Of a DNA stretch of 64,000 bases, positions 1 to 10,732 are shown in pieces. The position numbers were made by a program, and so were the translations under genes. The notes under the pieces were generated by a model. The model was not told where the DNA came from. It made no database searches and was given only the letters and a program-made list of their open reading frames with translations. Origin of the DNA: Phoronis australis (Eukaryota > Animalia > Phoronida); assembly GCA_002633005.1 (NCBI GenBank), contig NMRA01000104.1, positions 140,917 to 204,916 on the forward strand, read 5' to 3'. How positions within the stretch are numbered: the stretch's first letter is position 1; each line of letters begins with the position of its first letter.

Positions 1-151
1 TTCCAGACACGGGCGCTTTTACAGTCTCCGTTGTATAAACTGAAGGAGGGCAGTAAATCAAGCATGGGCATTAACGCGGCCAAGTATGCTAGTTAAAATA
101 CGGTTAAAGCCGATAAAAAGATTACCAATAATACATTAGATATTGCATTAC

Positions 152-229
152 CTATGACCACCTTTTCCATCTGGAGTTTTGATAGCATAAGCTGCATCGA
201 CGACCATGTTGGAGAAAAAGTCAGCATCA
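152..229 (-). CDS. TCP1: TCP1/CCT1 (chaperonin alpha subunit) coding exon 6; gene continues off the left edge
   Basis: Reads (C)DADFFSNMVVDAAYAIKTPDGKGGH(R), matching the CCT-alpha DFFANMVVDA segment; AG acceptor 230-231, GTAATG donor below 152; phase consistent with exon 5. Confidence 0.9.
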
Positions 230-1722
230 CTTAGCTGTGTTAAGGTGCAACACAATTTACAAGAGAAAGAGTGCCACTTTAATTGTCTTTACTATTAATT
301 TAGAGATTAATGATCACTTCCAAAAGTTCAGTCATGAGAGTAATACTGGTGCATTGGAAGTGTATGATATTTCTACTACAGACATCCTGCCACGAATCGG
401 TTTCAACCACATTAAAACAAAAATACAATGTTAGTAACTACTCCAAAGTTAGAAGACCTCAAAACAAGACATGATTTTTTGAAGCCTGATATGCGCTACA
501 CACTCAGGATTCTCACATTACTAGTCTAGAGTAGTCAACAGATTATAGCAGAAAATGAGCAGACACTGGTTGAGAATGATCAACCAGTTTTCACTGCGCA
601 CATGCACTTTATGTATCCCAGCGTATATACTTCAACAACCACATTGGTTATAAAGCAAGTTGATTGGGAATGCTCCAGTTTAACAGACTTACTGAGCTCA
701 GCTACAAGCAGTGCCACCTCTGAATGAAAACTACTTCATTTTGGTTTTATACCATGATTTAGCTTTCCCGATTACACAGGGCTTGGAATGACCAATGACA
801 AAAAGAGAAAAATTTTCCAAGTGATGTATCGTTCAACAAGTAAATAGGCTTAATGTGAAATAGAAATATTTTTTGTGTTTTAAAATTTAACTGAAATAAA
901 TGTTTTTACACAAATAAAGTTAAAATAGTGATTAAACAAGAGACAGAAAAGAGGAAACTGGAAATCAAATTAGAGGAAATCGAAATCAAAAAAAGGAGGA
1001 AATCCTCTTAAAAGAGGAAAATTCCACGCCCTAATTACACCTCAAATGACCATGAACTGAAGAAAGTTCTGTGATTGCTTTAACAAACCGCAAACTCGTA
1101 TCACAGTAGTTTGAAGTTTACCAACACAGCTTGGCAGTTAGTGCTTTAGTGGGGCTGAATACTAACGGTAGAATTTCACATACAAGCACGTCAATTTGAC
1201 ACACAACATATGGCAACATGTAACCACGCCAAAATCACTACTTCTTGTTCTATCGCTTTGTAGTCCTCGGCAACACCTCTCTACACTACACAGCAAATAT
1301 CACCCGATGGGCAGTCTGTTTATAGAACTAAAATATCCAAAGATGAAAACTGACTCTGGAAAACAGTACAGCGTTATCCAGAATGAATGTTTATCAACTA
1401 CAAAAATCTATGCTAACTACCAAGTTCAACAATCACCATTCCTATTTCCTTATCGTATACCACGACACCTATTTAACTAATTTATGATGCCTCATGCAGG
1501 CAAAAATCTAAAAGCCTCATAACTATCAACAGAATTTTATATTCGCATGGAGCCCTCTTCTAAGAAATGGAGACTCTGAACAGTAGGAAAAAACCACGAC
1601 TATTGTGTGGAATACATACTACTCTAAGTGAGACACGGTATCAACATGAAGAGAGAGTGCAAGACATGAGACAGATTAAGGCTGTGGACCTAACAACCCT
1701 CAAGACGTCATATCAAGGATAC
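230..1722 (-). other. TCP1: U12-type (minor spliceosome) GT-AG intron of TCP1
   Basis: 5' splice site GTATCCTT (1722-1715) and branch site CCTTAAC (245-239) about 10 nt from the AG at 231-230, with no polypyrimidine tract. Confidence 0.88.
777..1033. mobile_element. Non-autonomous hAT-like element, 6-bp TSD
   Basis: Ends CAGGGCTTGGAAT / ATTCCACGCCCTA, flanked by ATTACA on both sides; homologous to 45864-46091 and 53059-53571. Confidence 0.8.
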
Positions 1723-1833
1723 CATCCAATGATTTTACTCGACATGCTGGTCTTGGCTGCACTGACGATACAGTCCCGGCCTAGCTCATCCACATTGATG
1801 GTCAGGTGTTCTTGAATGTATTTACAAGCTTCC
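1723..1833 (-). CDS. TCP1: TCP1 coding exon 5 (111 nt)
   Basis: [36 protein letters not shown]; CAG acceptor 1836-1834. Confidence 0.95.
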
Positions 1834-2670
1834 CTGTAAATGGACAAAAAACATTAAAAGCATGCGTCTCTGTGTAGCCAGCATAGGGAGACAATTCCAA
1901 TTCTTTTGTTAATTTTTTTTCTGACAGTATTTTATTGATTTGATATACAGAAGCAGGAATAAATTGACAAAGGTTGCAAACAAATAAACCAGTGGCTGTG
2001 TAAAAGCCCTCTATTAGAACTGTGTACCTGCTCTGGAATATTCCGTGTACCAGATTTTAAGAACAACTGCAAATTTTAGCGGAGATACACGATACTTAAA
2101 AACAGCCTATTGATGGTAAAAGCTGACACAAGTTTGAAAATCCTCTACTACAAATACGATCGTCAGACTACACAGCACACTTATCCATGAATTTGCAGAG
2201 CTGAACAATAGCTTGAACAAGCGTCAACTTCCACCATGGTAACACCAAGACTAAGCAGTATGTCTTGATTTTTACTATCATTCTCAAGTATGATGTGCAT
2301 TTCAGTCGATGAGCAGAACACGCACGGCCATCAACGCAAAAACCAAGTCTTTTTCCATTTCAGCTATGCATTCATAATTAAAATTTTAATTATGGATTAG
2401 TTACAGGAACATCCTGGTCATATAAGTTATTTTGACTCACTGATTGAAGTCCATGCATACTTGAGTACCGCAAGTGTATAGTACACAGGTCTGCGTTACA
2501 ACTGATTAAACGACAGCTGATTGATAGGAAGATGTTTTGGAAGCATGAGTTGTTAGCATTCAGAACCCCGCCCCTCATCAGCGCCTCATGGAGGCATAAA
2601 GGGCCAATAAAGCCTAAAGGTGAAACATTGATGACATGAGACAAACAAAACCACAGCAAGGTACACCTAC

Positions 2671-2768
2671 TTGCAAGCCAATCTGTAGCCACTTATAATT
2701 GAGGTGGGGTGGATCTTACACTTGACCAATTCGTCAGCATTCTTAAGTAGCTCTGCAGCAACGATTAC
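2671..2768 (-). CDS. TCP1: TCP1 coding exon 4 (98 nt)
   Basis: VIVAAELLKNADELVKCKIHPTSIISGYRLACK; CAG acceptor and GTAGGT donor. Confidence 0.96.
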
Positions 2769-3197
2769 CTGCAAGACAGATGAGAACATTTCTAAATGAA
2801 CAGGTGACAAATATGAAATGGTGTAATGGAAAGCAGCGACCTTACATGCTAATTTTCTTTCACATGATGGCGAAATTGCACTTGTAACACCTGTGACCAC
2901 AAAATTGCAAACTTAAGATTAGTGCACTGTAGACGGTATTGAAAGTTTGGTAGCTTGGTTCACTGTCAACATCAAAACAAAATGCTAAATGCATGCGGAA
3001 AGCACAAAACGCCACAAACTCCAGGTTGAACGCAACACATGTATTATAGCCAAATATTTGAATGAAAGACTGTTACCAAAATGTAACACCATCTGTCTGG
3101 GTACAAAAAAATATGTGGATTGCTATAATGACTATGGACATAACATACAAACGTATTACAAACTGCGTATAACAAATAAGTGGATTACTATACTGAC

Positions 3198-3326
3198 CAC
3201 AGAGGTAGTACCATCGCCTACTTCTTCGTCTTGTAACTGAGCTAATTCTACAAGGATCTTTGCAGCAGGGTGCTCAACCTCTAGTAAATTTAGAATTGTG
3301 GCGCCATCATTTGTGATCGTCACGTC
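3198..3326 (-). CDS. TCP1: TCP1 coding exon 3 (129 nt)
   Basis: [43 protein letters not shown] with the chaperonin TNDGATIL and GDGTTS motifs; CAG acceptor and GTCAGT donor. Confidence 0.97.
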
Positions 3327-3449
3327 CTGCAAAATAACCATTAATACAAAGTTCATAACAAACTGCAGATAATTCATATTTATGCAACAAACAGTATACT
3401 TCACACCAGTTGTGCAAAAAATGTATTCAGAAACAAGCTTAAATAACTG

Positions 3450-4385
3450 CAAGAGCAATGCATACAATAGGTTTTTAAGGGCCACTAGGAGGTGCTGCAG
3501 TAGTCAAATCAGCCCGAAAATGAAAAATGGTGCCGGTTCACTCTCACCACATACCGATGAGTCAAGTTTTATCGAAATCTGTCAATCATTTCTCTAGAAA
3601 TAATCCAGAAACTTTCTTTCCTATAACAACACTTGAAATACCCTTGTCAAGGACGAAACTTGTGCCAGCACATGGTCATAACTATGGAAAGTTTCATTGA
3701 AATCCATCATTCGTTTCAAAAGATATCATCTGGAAATATTCATCTCCAAAATAGCGAGTAGAAAAATACTGAAGAGGTCAAATCCATCCGAAAAACAAAT
3801 GATGCTGGCGCACTGGCATCGTATACCTCTCAGTCAAGTTTTATCGAAATCCGTCAGGTGGTTCTCTTGATATCATCCAAAAATGCTCTTCCCACAAACA
3901 ACACTTGAAAAAAACCCTTGACAAGAACTTAAGGGCCACTAGTAGGTTCTGCAATCGTCAAATCCACCAGAAAATTTAATGCTTCCTGACTATCATATAC
4001 CTCTGTATCAACATTCATTGAAATACTTCACTAAATTTTGAACATATCTAAAAACGCCAAAATTTGAATGTGTCAGTGCTTTGAAATTACATACCTTTGT
4101 GTCAAGTTTCATTGAAATCCGTCGATCAGTTTTCTAGATATCATCCAAAAACGCTCTTCCCCCAAAGATATAGACAAAACGTGCCACTCTGACACCAAGG
4201 AGTGGATAAGATTGAAAAGTGGCATGAACTATTCTAGAGATGCCCTACACCCGTGTGCCCCATTTTGTCAATATCTGGCCAGGGATTTTTGAGATATCAA
4301 GTGGACACCTGGGAAACTAGATCGACAGATGTCCGAACAAAGAAGTCACGACAATATGCGATCACATGTATATGTGCGCGCAAAA
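3450..4385. mobile_element. Helentron-associated (HINE-like) element with degenerate internal repeats
   Basis: Recurring CAAGTTTTATCGAAATC, GCCACTAG and ACACTTGAAA blocks; end near 4350-4385 with a short inverted repeat and A/T run; boundaries approximate. Confidence 0.5.
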
Positions 4386-4439
4386 GAATACCTCTATGCA
4401 GTGACTCGTAATATTCACAAACTGTGACAGTATGGGAGC

Positions 4440-4960
4440 ATGTAAGTCGGTAGGTGACGGCACACCCTAATGTTGCCTGTACGCCGAAAGGGTTCTAGGT
4501 GAATTATGCCTCACACTGATTAAACCATCTACATCACTTTGCTATAGGTACCTATTGCACATAAAACAACTTAGGAGGATTTAGCTTTCAAAGTTCAGTG
4601 TCAGCTCTGACCTTTGACCTCGTTAAAATATTGAGATCATGCCCACTGGCATGAGCATTGCAAAAATGGCCAGTTGCTGACTTGTCTAACTGGACAAATG
4701 ACTGTTTGAAAAAAGGTGGTTTGCCAGAGTATTTGATTGAGCTGGAAAGAGTTAAAGACATCAATAGCCACCCGAGGTGCCCCTCATTCCGCAAAAGGTA
4801 CTAATAGCAACACGACTTTGATGGTTTATCAGTGTGAGGCGTAGTTTGGGAAAAGTTTCTGGCGTATGGCAGTCCTACACTTGTACAGGATGAGCACAAT
4901 CTTGACTTGGTCAGTTCAGACGGCATTACTACCAAGGATACTCCTGGACGGCGTCTTTAA
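4440..4960. mobile_element. Degenerate foldback MITE, Kolobok-like
   Basis: 4470-4580 is an imperfect inverted repeat of 4770-4870 (GATGGTTTAATCAGTGTGAGGC core); right end GGACGGCGTCT-TTAA; related arms at 8481-8600 and 8909-9030. Confidence 0.55.
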
Positions 4961-5463
4961 GCCATTAATGCATAAAAAAATAAAAAGCAAAAAAATAAAA
5001 GGCACAAGTACACTGCAGCAGTGTGCCTCCCAGGGCATCTTTTAAGACACAACACCCTTCCAAAAATGCCAAATTCTAGTCAACTTACAGCCAGTGTGTT
5101 CTTATTCTGCCTTAGATGAACAGTCTGTTTGAAGTCTTTGTCAGATTGCCTTTTTGTGTGGAATTTTTAAATAAAAATGCAACTTTTACATGAATATGAC
5201 TGTTCTTGTTTTGATTGCACTCGGGGGTTTCTGTTTCACATGCTACCACTTTAAGTACACTAAATCTGCTGGGCAAAACTTTTTGAACAAAGACGCACAA
5301 CTTTATCATCAGGTGCGCCCAAAGGAAACAGGTTCAAACCTGGTCAGGAATATCCCTGTACTGTCTATTGAAACAAAAAACTAACTTGCAAAACGGCACA
5401 TGCAGTTATGTTAAATCTAGAGAGAGAACAATTTCTACCATTATTTCACTGACAAAATCTTAC

Positions 5464-5549
5464 CCCAACGTCATCCACAAGCATCTTGTCTAAGCCAACA
5501 GGTCCAAGGCTGCTTTTTACAATATTTGCTATCGAGCAGGCAGCCATAA
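5464..5549 (-). CDS. TCP1: TCP1 coding exon 2 (86 nt)
   Basis: (V)MAACSIANIVKSSLGPVGLDKMLVDDVG with the chaperonin SLGP motif; CAG acceptor and GTAAGA donor. Confidence 0.96.
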
Positions 5550-5569
5550 CTGTAACACAAAATAACTTA

Positions 5570-5801
5570 CCGTAAACTCGCGGGTTAACGCTCATGCCGG
5601 GTAAACGCCCATCCCGACTTTGTCAATTTTCAGTTTAAGCGCCCACTGCTTTGTGAAAATTTCCACGTAAGCGTCCACCTCTCGAGTAATCGCCCATCCC
5701 CAAAATTTTGCCAATTTTTCGGTTTAAGCGCCCACTGCTGCCCACCCCGTTTCAGGGTTTCCCAATCTAAGCGCCCAAGGCGTTAACTCGCGAGTTTACG
5801 G
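5570..5801. mobile_element. MITE, Tc1/mariner-pogo-like
   Basis: TIRs CCGTAAACTCGCGGGTTAACGC / GCGTTAACTCGCGAGTTTACGG, TA on both flanks, internal AAGCGCCCAC repeats. Confidence 0.85.
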
Positions 5802-7559
5802 TAATCAGAAGTTGAAATACACCATGTGAAAAGTTGACACCTTGAAACTGAAATGAGCTTTGCTGTCCATGAGTAAGCTATAAACGGACATCAAAGTATG
5901 CATTCCAACTGCACCAAAAAATTTAAAACTTAAGCCACGAAATTTCCAGGATTTGATGGTAGCACAGTGACATGAACGTCAGTCAAAAGAGCACAAACTC
6001 TGGTAACAATTTTCAACCAAAACCTATTCAGGATTCGATGCTTGGCAGCCGAAAATTGCCCTGGTGAAGACTTCTTACTTGGTAGTCTTTTAAAATACAT
6101 GGAGCTGAAATGCATACATATAGCCTGACAAGTACATCTCCTTTTACGCTACAGGTATACACAGTCGATAGTGTACTTGACAGCGAAGAAAATCAAATGA
6201 AACATGGATATAAACACATTGGGTTATAATTAACACATACCATAACTATGGACACAATTTAATCAATATAACTTGAACATATCCATCAAACTCTGTCACG
6301 GTTCAGGCAGGGTCAGTATTCAAAATCAACAGCATTCCCCCACCCTTAGTGCTAGCCTTCATGGACTCTGCTTCAAGTAACCAAATAATCAGTGTTATTT
6401 CAAGTCATCGCCTGTGTGAGTTACAAGTGACATGATCCTCGAAGGAAATTTTTTGTTACTTAAGGGGACATTTTGGGCCTCATGAGCAGAATTTAACATG
6501 ATTTTTAAATATTTTTCAGAGGCGAATGGGGCTGGAGCCGATATTCGGCCCAAAAACAGAGAGATCGAGGACCCTGTCAAGCGACGTCAAGCACCATAAA
6601 AAAGATAACGGGAACCAAAAAATTGGAGTTGAAATTCTTTGCCAACGTAATCTCAATTCTCGCACACACTCTTCACTGAGGATATTAGCCAACAATGAGC
6701 TTCTAAAGTTAAACAGGGCTGGTTTACTGACTACAAGGATGATCTGTGCGAAACTGCCAAAAGGTACGGTACTAATTGGAAAAAGACTTTAATGGTCTGT
6801 AATAATGTCGACATCAATCTCGGCTGTGGCGTCTCTTTCTTGTTATGTTCTTTTCTTATCATAACATTGGTGTTGGCCTGGTGCAACCCCTGATGACAGA
6901 AGAGCCCAGGAAAGGTCACACCTAGCCAATGTGACTGGTCATATGTCAAGACTACACCACAAGATTGTCTGGGCTTTCTGGAGTTCAAAGCCGTCCTGGA
7001 AGGACGTGATGTGAGTAGTTCTAAAATTGTTCTTACACTGATATAGTATGAACTTGCCTCGGCTGCAATTTACTATAAGGGTTCCACTCCTTTTCTTAAT
7101 GGAAGAGAGGAAATGTAGCAAATGTCGACGTCAGTTTCGGCTGTGGCGTCTCTATGTTGTGACTGGTCACATGTCAAGACAACGTGACAAGATCGACTAG
7201 GCCTTCTGGAGTACAGCGTTGTCCGAGAAGGACGTAATTACTTGGCCTGAACCTGTAAAGCAGCTCAGTGGCATCGCCATCAATGAGCAAACGGTTTTGG
7301 AAAATGCAAGAAATGGCTGACGTGGGAGAAACAAAGCCCGACCGAAAGAATAGCGCAATGGACACCAAGGATTCTGTCCTTCTAGGAAAAGAGAGAACTG
7401 GCAGGTATGAGCAGGTAGCGCACAGTGGTAACTCAAAGTATTTTTCTCTAATGCCACTTCGTAAGAGCAGCGCAGTGGATACCGAGAACTATGCCCTTAA
7501 GGGAAAGAGATGAGTGGCGTGTATGAGTCGGTGGCACACAATGGGATTTCAAAGTCTAT

Positions 7560-8480
7560 GATGAAACTTCACAAGTCCTACCGAAGTAGCAGCAAAGAGG
7601 ACTTGGGGGCCTGTGTCCTGAGAATTGTACTTTGAGCTAGAGGAGGTCGATCAGCCTTTGATAATGGTTTTCATCATGAACAAAGTGAAGAGCGGTTCTG
7701 TGAACTTAATATTGTCCATGAGTATATGCATGAACAGGTTTGACTACTCGAAAGCAAAATTTCCTGTAAAAGTTAAAGTCAACAAGAAAAGCATTCTTCA
7801 ACAAGTGGGTGTTGAAAGCTGAAAGCCAAGCAGCAATAAAAGCCCTTAGGAAACCAAGAGTCAACTCTCGTTACGTTAATGAGCTTCAGAACCTTGCAAT
7901 CGGAAGAACCGTCAATATACACTGGGTCAGGGCCCATGTGGGAATTGACGGCAATGAAACTGCAAACAGACTTGCAAAGATAGAAGCCAGCATTCTGTAT
8001 TGTGTACCTGAACCTGCTATCCCAATATCCTACAGATGCTGCAGGATAAGTACACAACTGGGTACATACTCAGTCAGCAGCCCCGTGGGCATCACTTAAC
8101 TCCTATATAGAGACCTAGGAGAAATTTTCCAACTTGATCAAACTAAAAGGTTCCAAATACCTTCTGAGTCTCGATAGATTGGGCTTAAGACACATCATTC
8201 AAATTTTGACAGGCCACTGTAACCTAGCCTGACACAGACAGTGTGTCCCAGGTGTGGTACTGACACTGAAACCCTTACACACCTGGTAAAGTCTTGCCCA
8301 ACTTTTTATAGGCTAAGGAGCAAATTATTGGGTGGCACTGTTACCTGCCTACAACATATAGTGCATGCCAACAAATGGAAGTGTCTGTCCGTTTTCTAAA
8401 GGAGACAGGCAGACTTGAAAAATTCCTTCATGACACTGAGTGATACTGATTTAGTTCGAACCGAACTAAAACAATAAGTC
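7560..8480 (+). mobile_element. Decayed 3' portion of an RNase H-containing non-LTR retrotransposon (LOA/R1/I-group-like)
   Basis: ESQAAIKAL...IHWVRAHVGIDGNETANRLAK (RNase H) followed by QILTGHCNL and a CPRCG...ETLTHLVKSCP zinc knuckle, broken by stops and frameshifts. Confidence 0.8.
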
Positions 8481-8758
8481 TAACCAGTGTGAGGCATAAT
8501 TCGCCGAAAAATTTCCGGCGTATGGAGGGCGTATGTGATGGCCACCGTCTCTCCTGGGGTCAGTTCAGATAATGAAACTGTCTTAAGGACTCTAAGTCTA
8601 AAGCAGATGCACAACGCAGCGGCGATTCACCGCGTGATTTGACTTTGCCTTTGGATTGGTGACTGGTCCTAAGTCAAGACAGATTCTCGTCCAAGCTAGT
8701 ACGCATCGGCGGAAGCCCAACAATCAATAAATACAAGAGATGTGACTGAAATCGTTAC

Positions 8759-8831
8759 CATTTTGGGTGCGTATCGTCTGCCCTGTTGAACGTTCCCCAA
8801 AGATCGACAATGCACTCGCTACATTCGCCAT
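8759..8831 (-). CDS. TCP1: TCP1 coding exon 1, copy A (probable haplotype duplicate)
   Basis: MANVASALSIFGERSTGQTIRTQN + G|GTAACG; identical to 9188-9260; lies in the block duplicated across the N at 8908. Confidence 0.75.
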
Positions 8832-9187
8832 TTTGATGTGAAGGAAAGGTCTCGTGTTGGTCGAGAAAAAATGATATTTTGGAACATTCGAGAAAAGGCG
8901 CCATCTANGATGGTTTAGTCGGTGCGAGGCATAATTCGCCGAAAAATTTTCGGCGTATGGAGGGCGTATGAGATGGCCACCGTCTCTCCTGGGGCCAGTT
9001 CAGATAATGAAACTGTCTAAAGGACTCTAAAGCAGATGCACAACGCAGCGGCGATTCACCGCGTGATCGTGACTTGACTTTGCATTGGTGACTGGTCCTA
9101 AGTCAAGACAGATTCTCGTCCAAGCTAGTACGCATCGGCGGAAGCCCAACAATCAATAAATACAAGAGATGTGACTGAAATCGTTAC

Positions 9188-9260
9188 CATTTTGGGTGCG
9201 TATCGTCTGCCCTGTTGAACGTTCCCCAAAGATCGACAATGCACTCGCTACATTCGCCAT
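9188..9260 (-). CDS. TCP1: TCP1 coding exon 1, copy B (73 nt)
   Basis: ATG at 9260, MANVASALSIFGERSTGQTIRTQN, phase-1 GT donor joins exon 2 in frame (IRTQNVMAA). Confidence 0.9.
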
Positions 9261-9309
9261 TTTGATGTGAAGGAAAGGTCTCGTGTTGGTCGAGAAAAAA
9301 GGATATTTT

Positions 9310-9324
9310 GGAACATTCGAGAAA
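9310..9324. promoter_or_regulatory. Heat-shock element upstream of TCP1 (duplicate at about 8881-8895)
   Basis: gGAAcaTTCgaGAAa, a perfect three-unit nGAAn inverted array 50 nt upstream of the ATG. Confidence 0.7.
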
Positions 9325-10344
9325 AGGCGCCATCTATGGAGCGCAATCCTATCTACTCCGGCTGTATATACTCCCATATTTCAGTATCTCATTGATCAGG
9401 CCAATGATCAGGTCAACGAAGTCGTAGATTACAGAAAACTACTATATAGTCTATGATGAAGTAATTTCAAATCGGTACGGTTCACAAACAGATAAAACAA
9501 TAGCACATGTGCCAGTCCCAGACAGAAAGTGAGGGAGAGTAGGTTATACAGGAGTTTTATGAGAACTATGTACTAGAGTGGACCAATCACCGCATACTTT
9601 ACGCCACGACAGAATTTGTCAATGGCATAATTTTGTGGGCTAATTTTTTGAAGTGGTTGAGTTTTGAAATCATGAAAATTTAGGTTAGGATCGCTGTGAC
9701 CCGGAATTATGACAAAATATATGTTGATTTTCGGATCTTTGGTATCCGACTCGACAAAGAAGTGAATTTAATTTAGTAACTCTATATATATAGTAGTAAA
9801 AAACTGGTCTGTACTTACATACAAAATGAGTGCACTATGTGCTACTGAATATTTCCAATAAATTTGTGCAGGACCAAAAGTAAGCCCCAATTTGACCATG
9901 AAATTAGGAACCCACCTAATGAGATGTTATTCACAAAAATAGCACCTACCGTTTGTTTTGGTTAGAAGCACCACCCTCACTTCTACCTTTAGGTGTAAAC
10001 TTTGCACTTTCGCGAATCCTGCATAAGAAATGTCGTGTTATCACTAGTGCGAATTCGCAACGAAAGCCTGAAAGATTGTAGTGGTTGGAAAATGAAGATT
10101 TTGCAGAATTACGAACTGTTTTTGAACGGTGAATCTGGCCATTTGTAGGCCTGCGGAATTTTGTCAGATAAGACACGTACCGGTACGCCAATATTTTGCT
10201 AGAATACAGACCCCTTGCGGCCGTTCTTTCCTTTAGACTGTGACAGCGCCATGTATCCAGTTGAAATCATGAAAACAACACGTCACACATGGTGTCACAG
10301 CCCGGCCTATTCGCCGAGTGCCTTGTTGCACCAGTTAGAGTCAG

Positions 10345-10717
10345 GGTCCAGTCTCTAATCTTTATACTCGAAACAGACTCGAATTACTTTTGGCAATTTC
10401 TCTGCTCCTTTTGTGAGAACTCAAGATGCTCGAATAATTATAGTTTACGCATATAAGTTTCTAGTCCAAGTTTGCTCTTGAAGAGCCTTACATTCGTGCT
10501 AAAAACTCGAGTAAAAACTCGAAATGTCGAGTTCAAACTCGAACTTTTAGATTTGTTTATCAACTGCATATTAGGACTAATAAATTATGCACATAAGTCG
10601 TTATGTACTCGAGCATAGAATAATTGACACTTCTCTTGAATTCTCACAAAAGTAGAGTAGAAAATGCCAAACTTAATTTTGAGTTCCATTTCGAGTAAAA
10701 AGATTCGAGACCGGGCC
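10345..10717. mobile_element. Palindromic MITE, PIF/Harbinger-like
   Basis: Long imperfect TIRs (GGTCCAGTCTC... / ...GAGACCGGGCC), CAG on both flanks; degenerate relative at about 44475-44878. Confidence 0.75.
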
Positions 10718-10732
10718 CAGGTCTTGGTTTAC

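Larger units (their letters stand above)
8481..9336. repeat. About 428-bp tandem duplication joined by N at 8908
   Basis: 8481-8907 and 8909-9336 are near-identical, with scattered SNPs and small indels. Confidence 0.9.

Noticed and set aside
550-605. H/ACA-like hairpin (AGAAAA, ACTGGTTGA/TCAACCAGT stem, ACA)
   Set aside because: Boxes are on the plus strand, antisense to the TCP1 host, and no convincing first hairpin
6890-6925. Hammerhead ribozyme core CTGATGA...GAAA
   Set aside because: The sequence between the boxes (CAGAAGAGCCCAG) cannot form stem II
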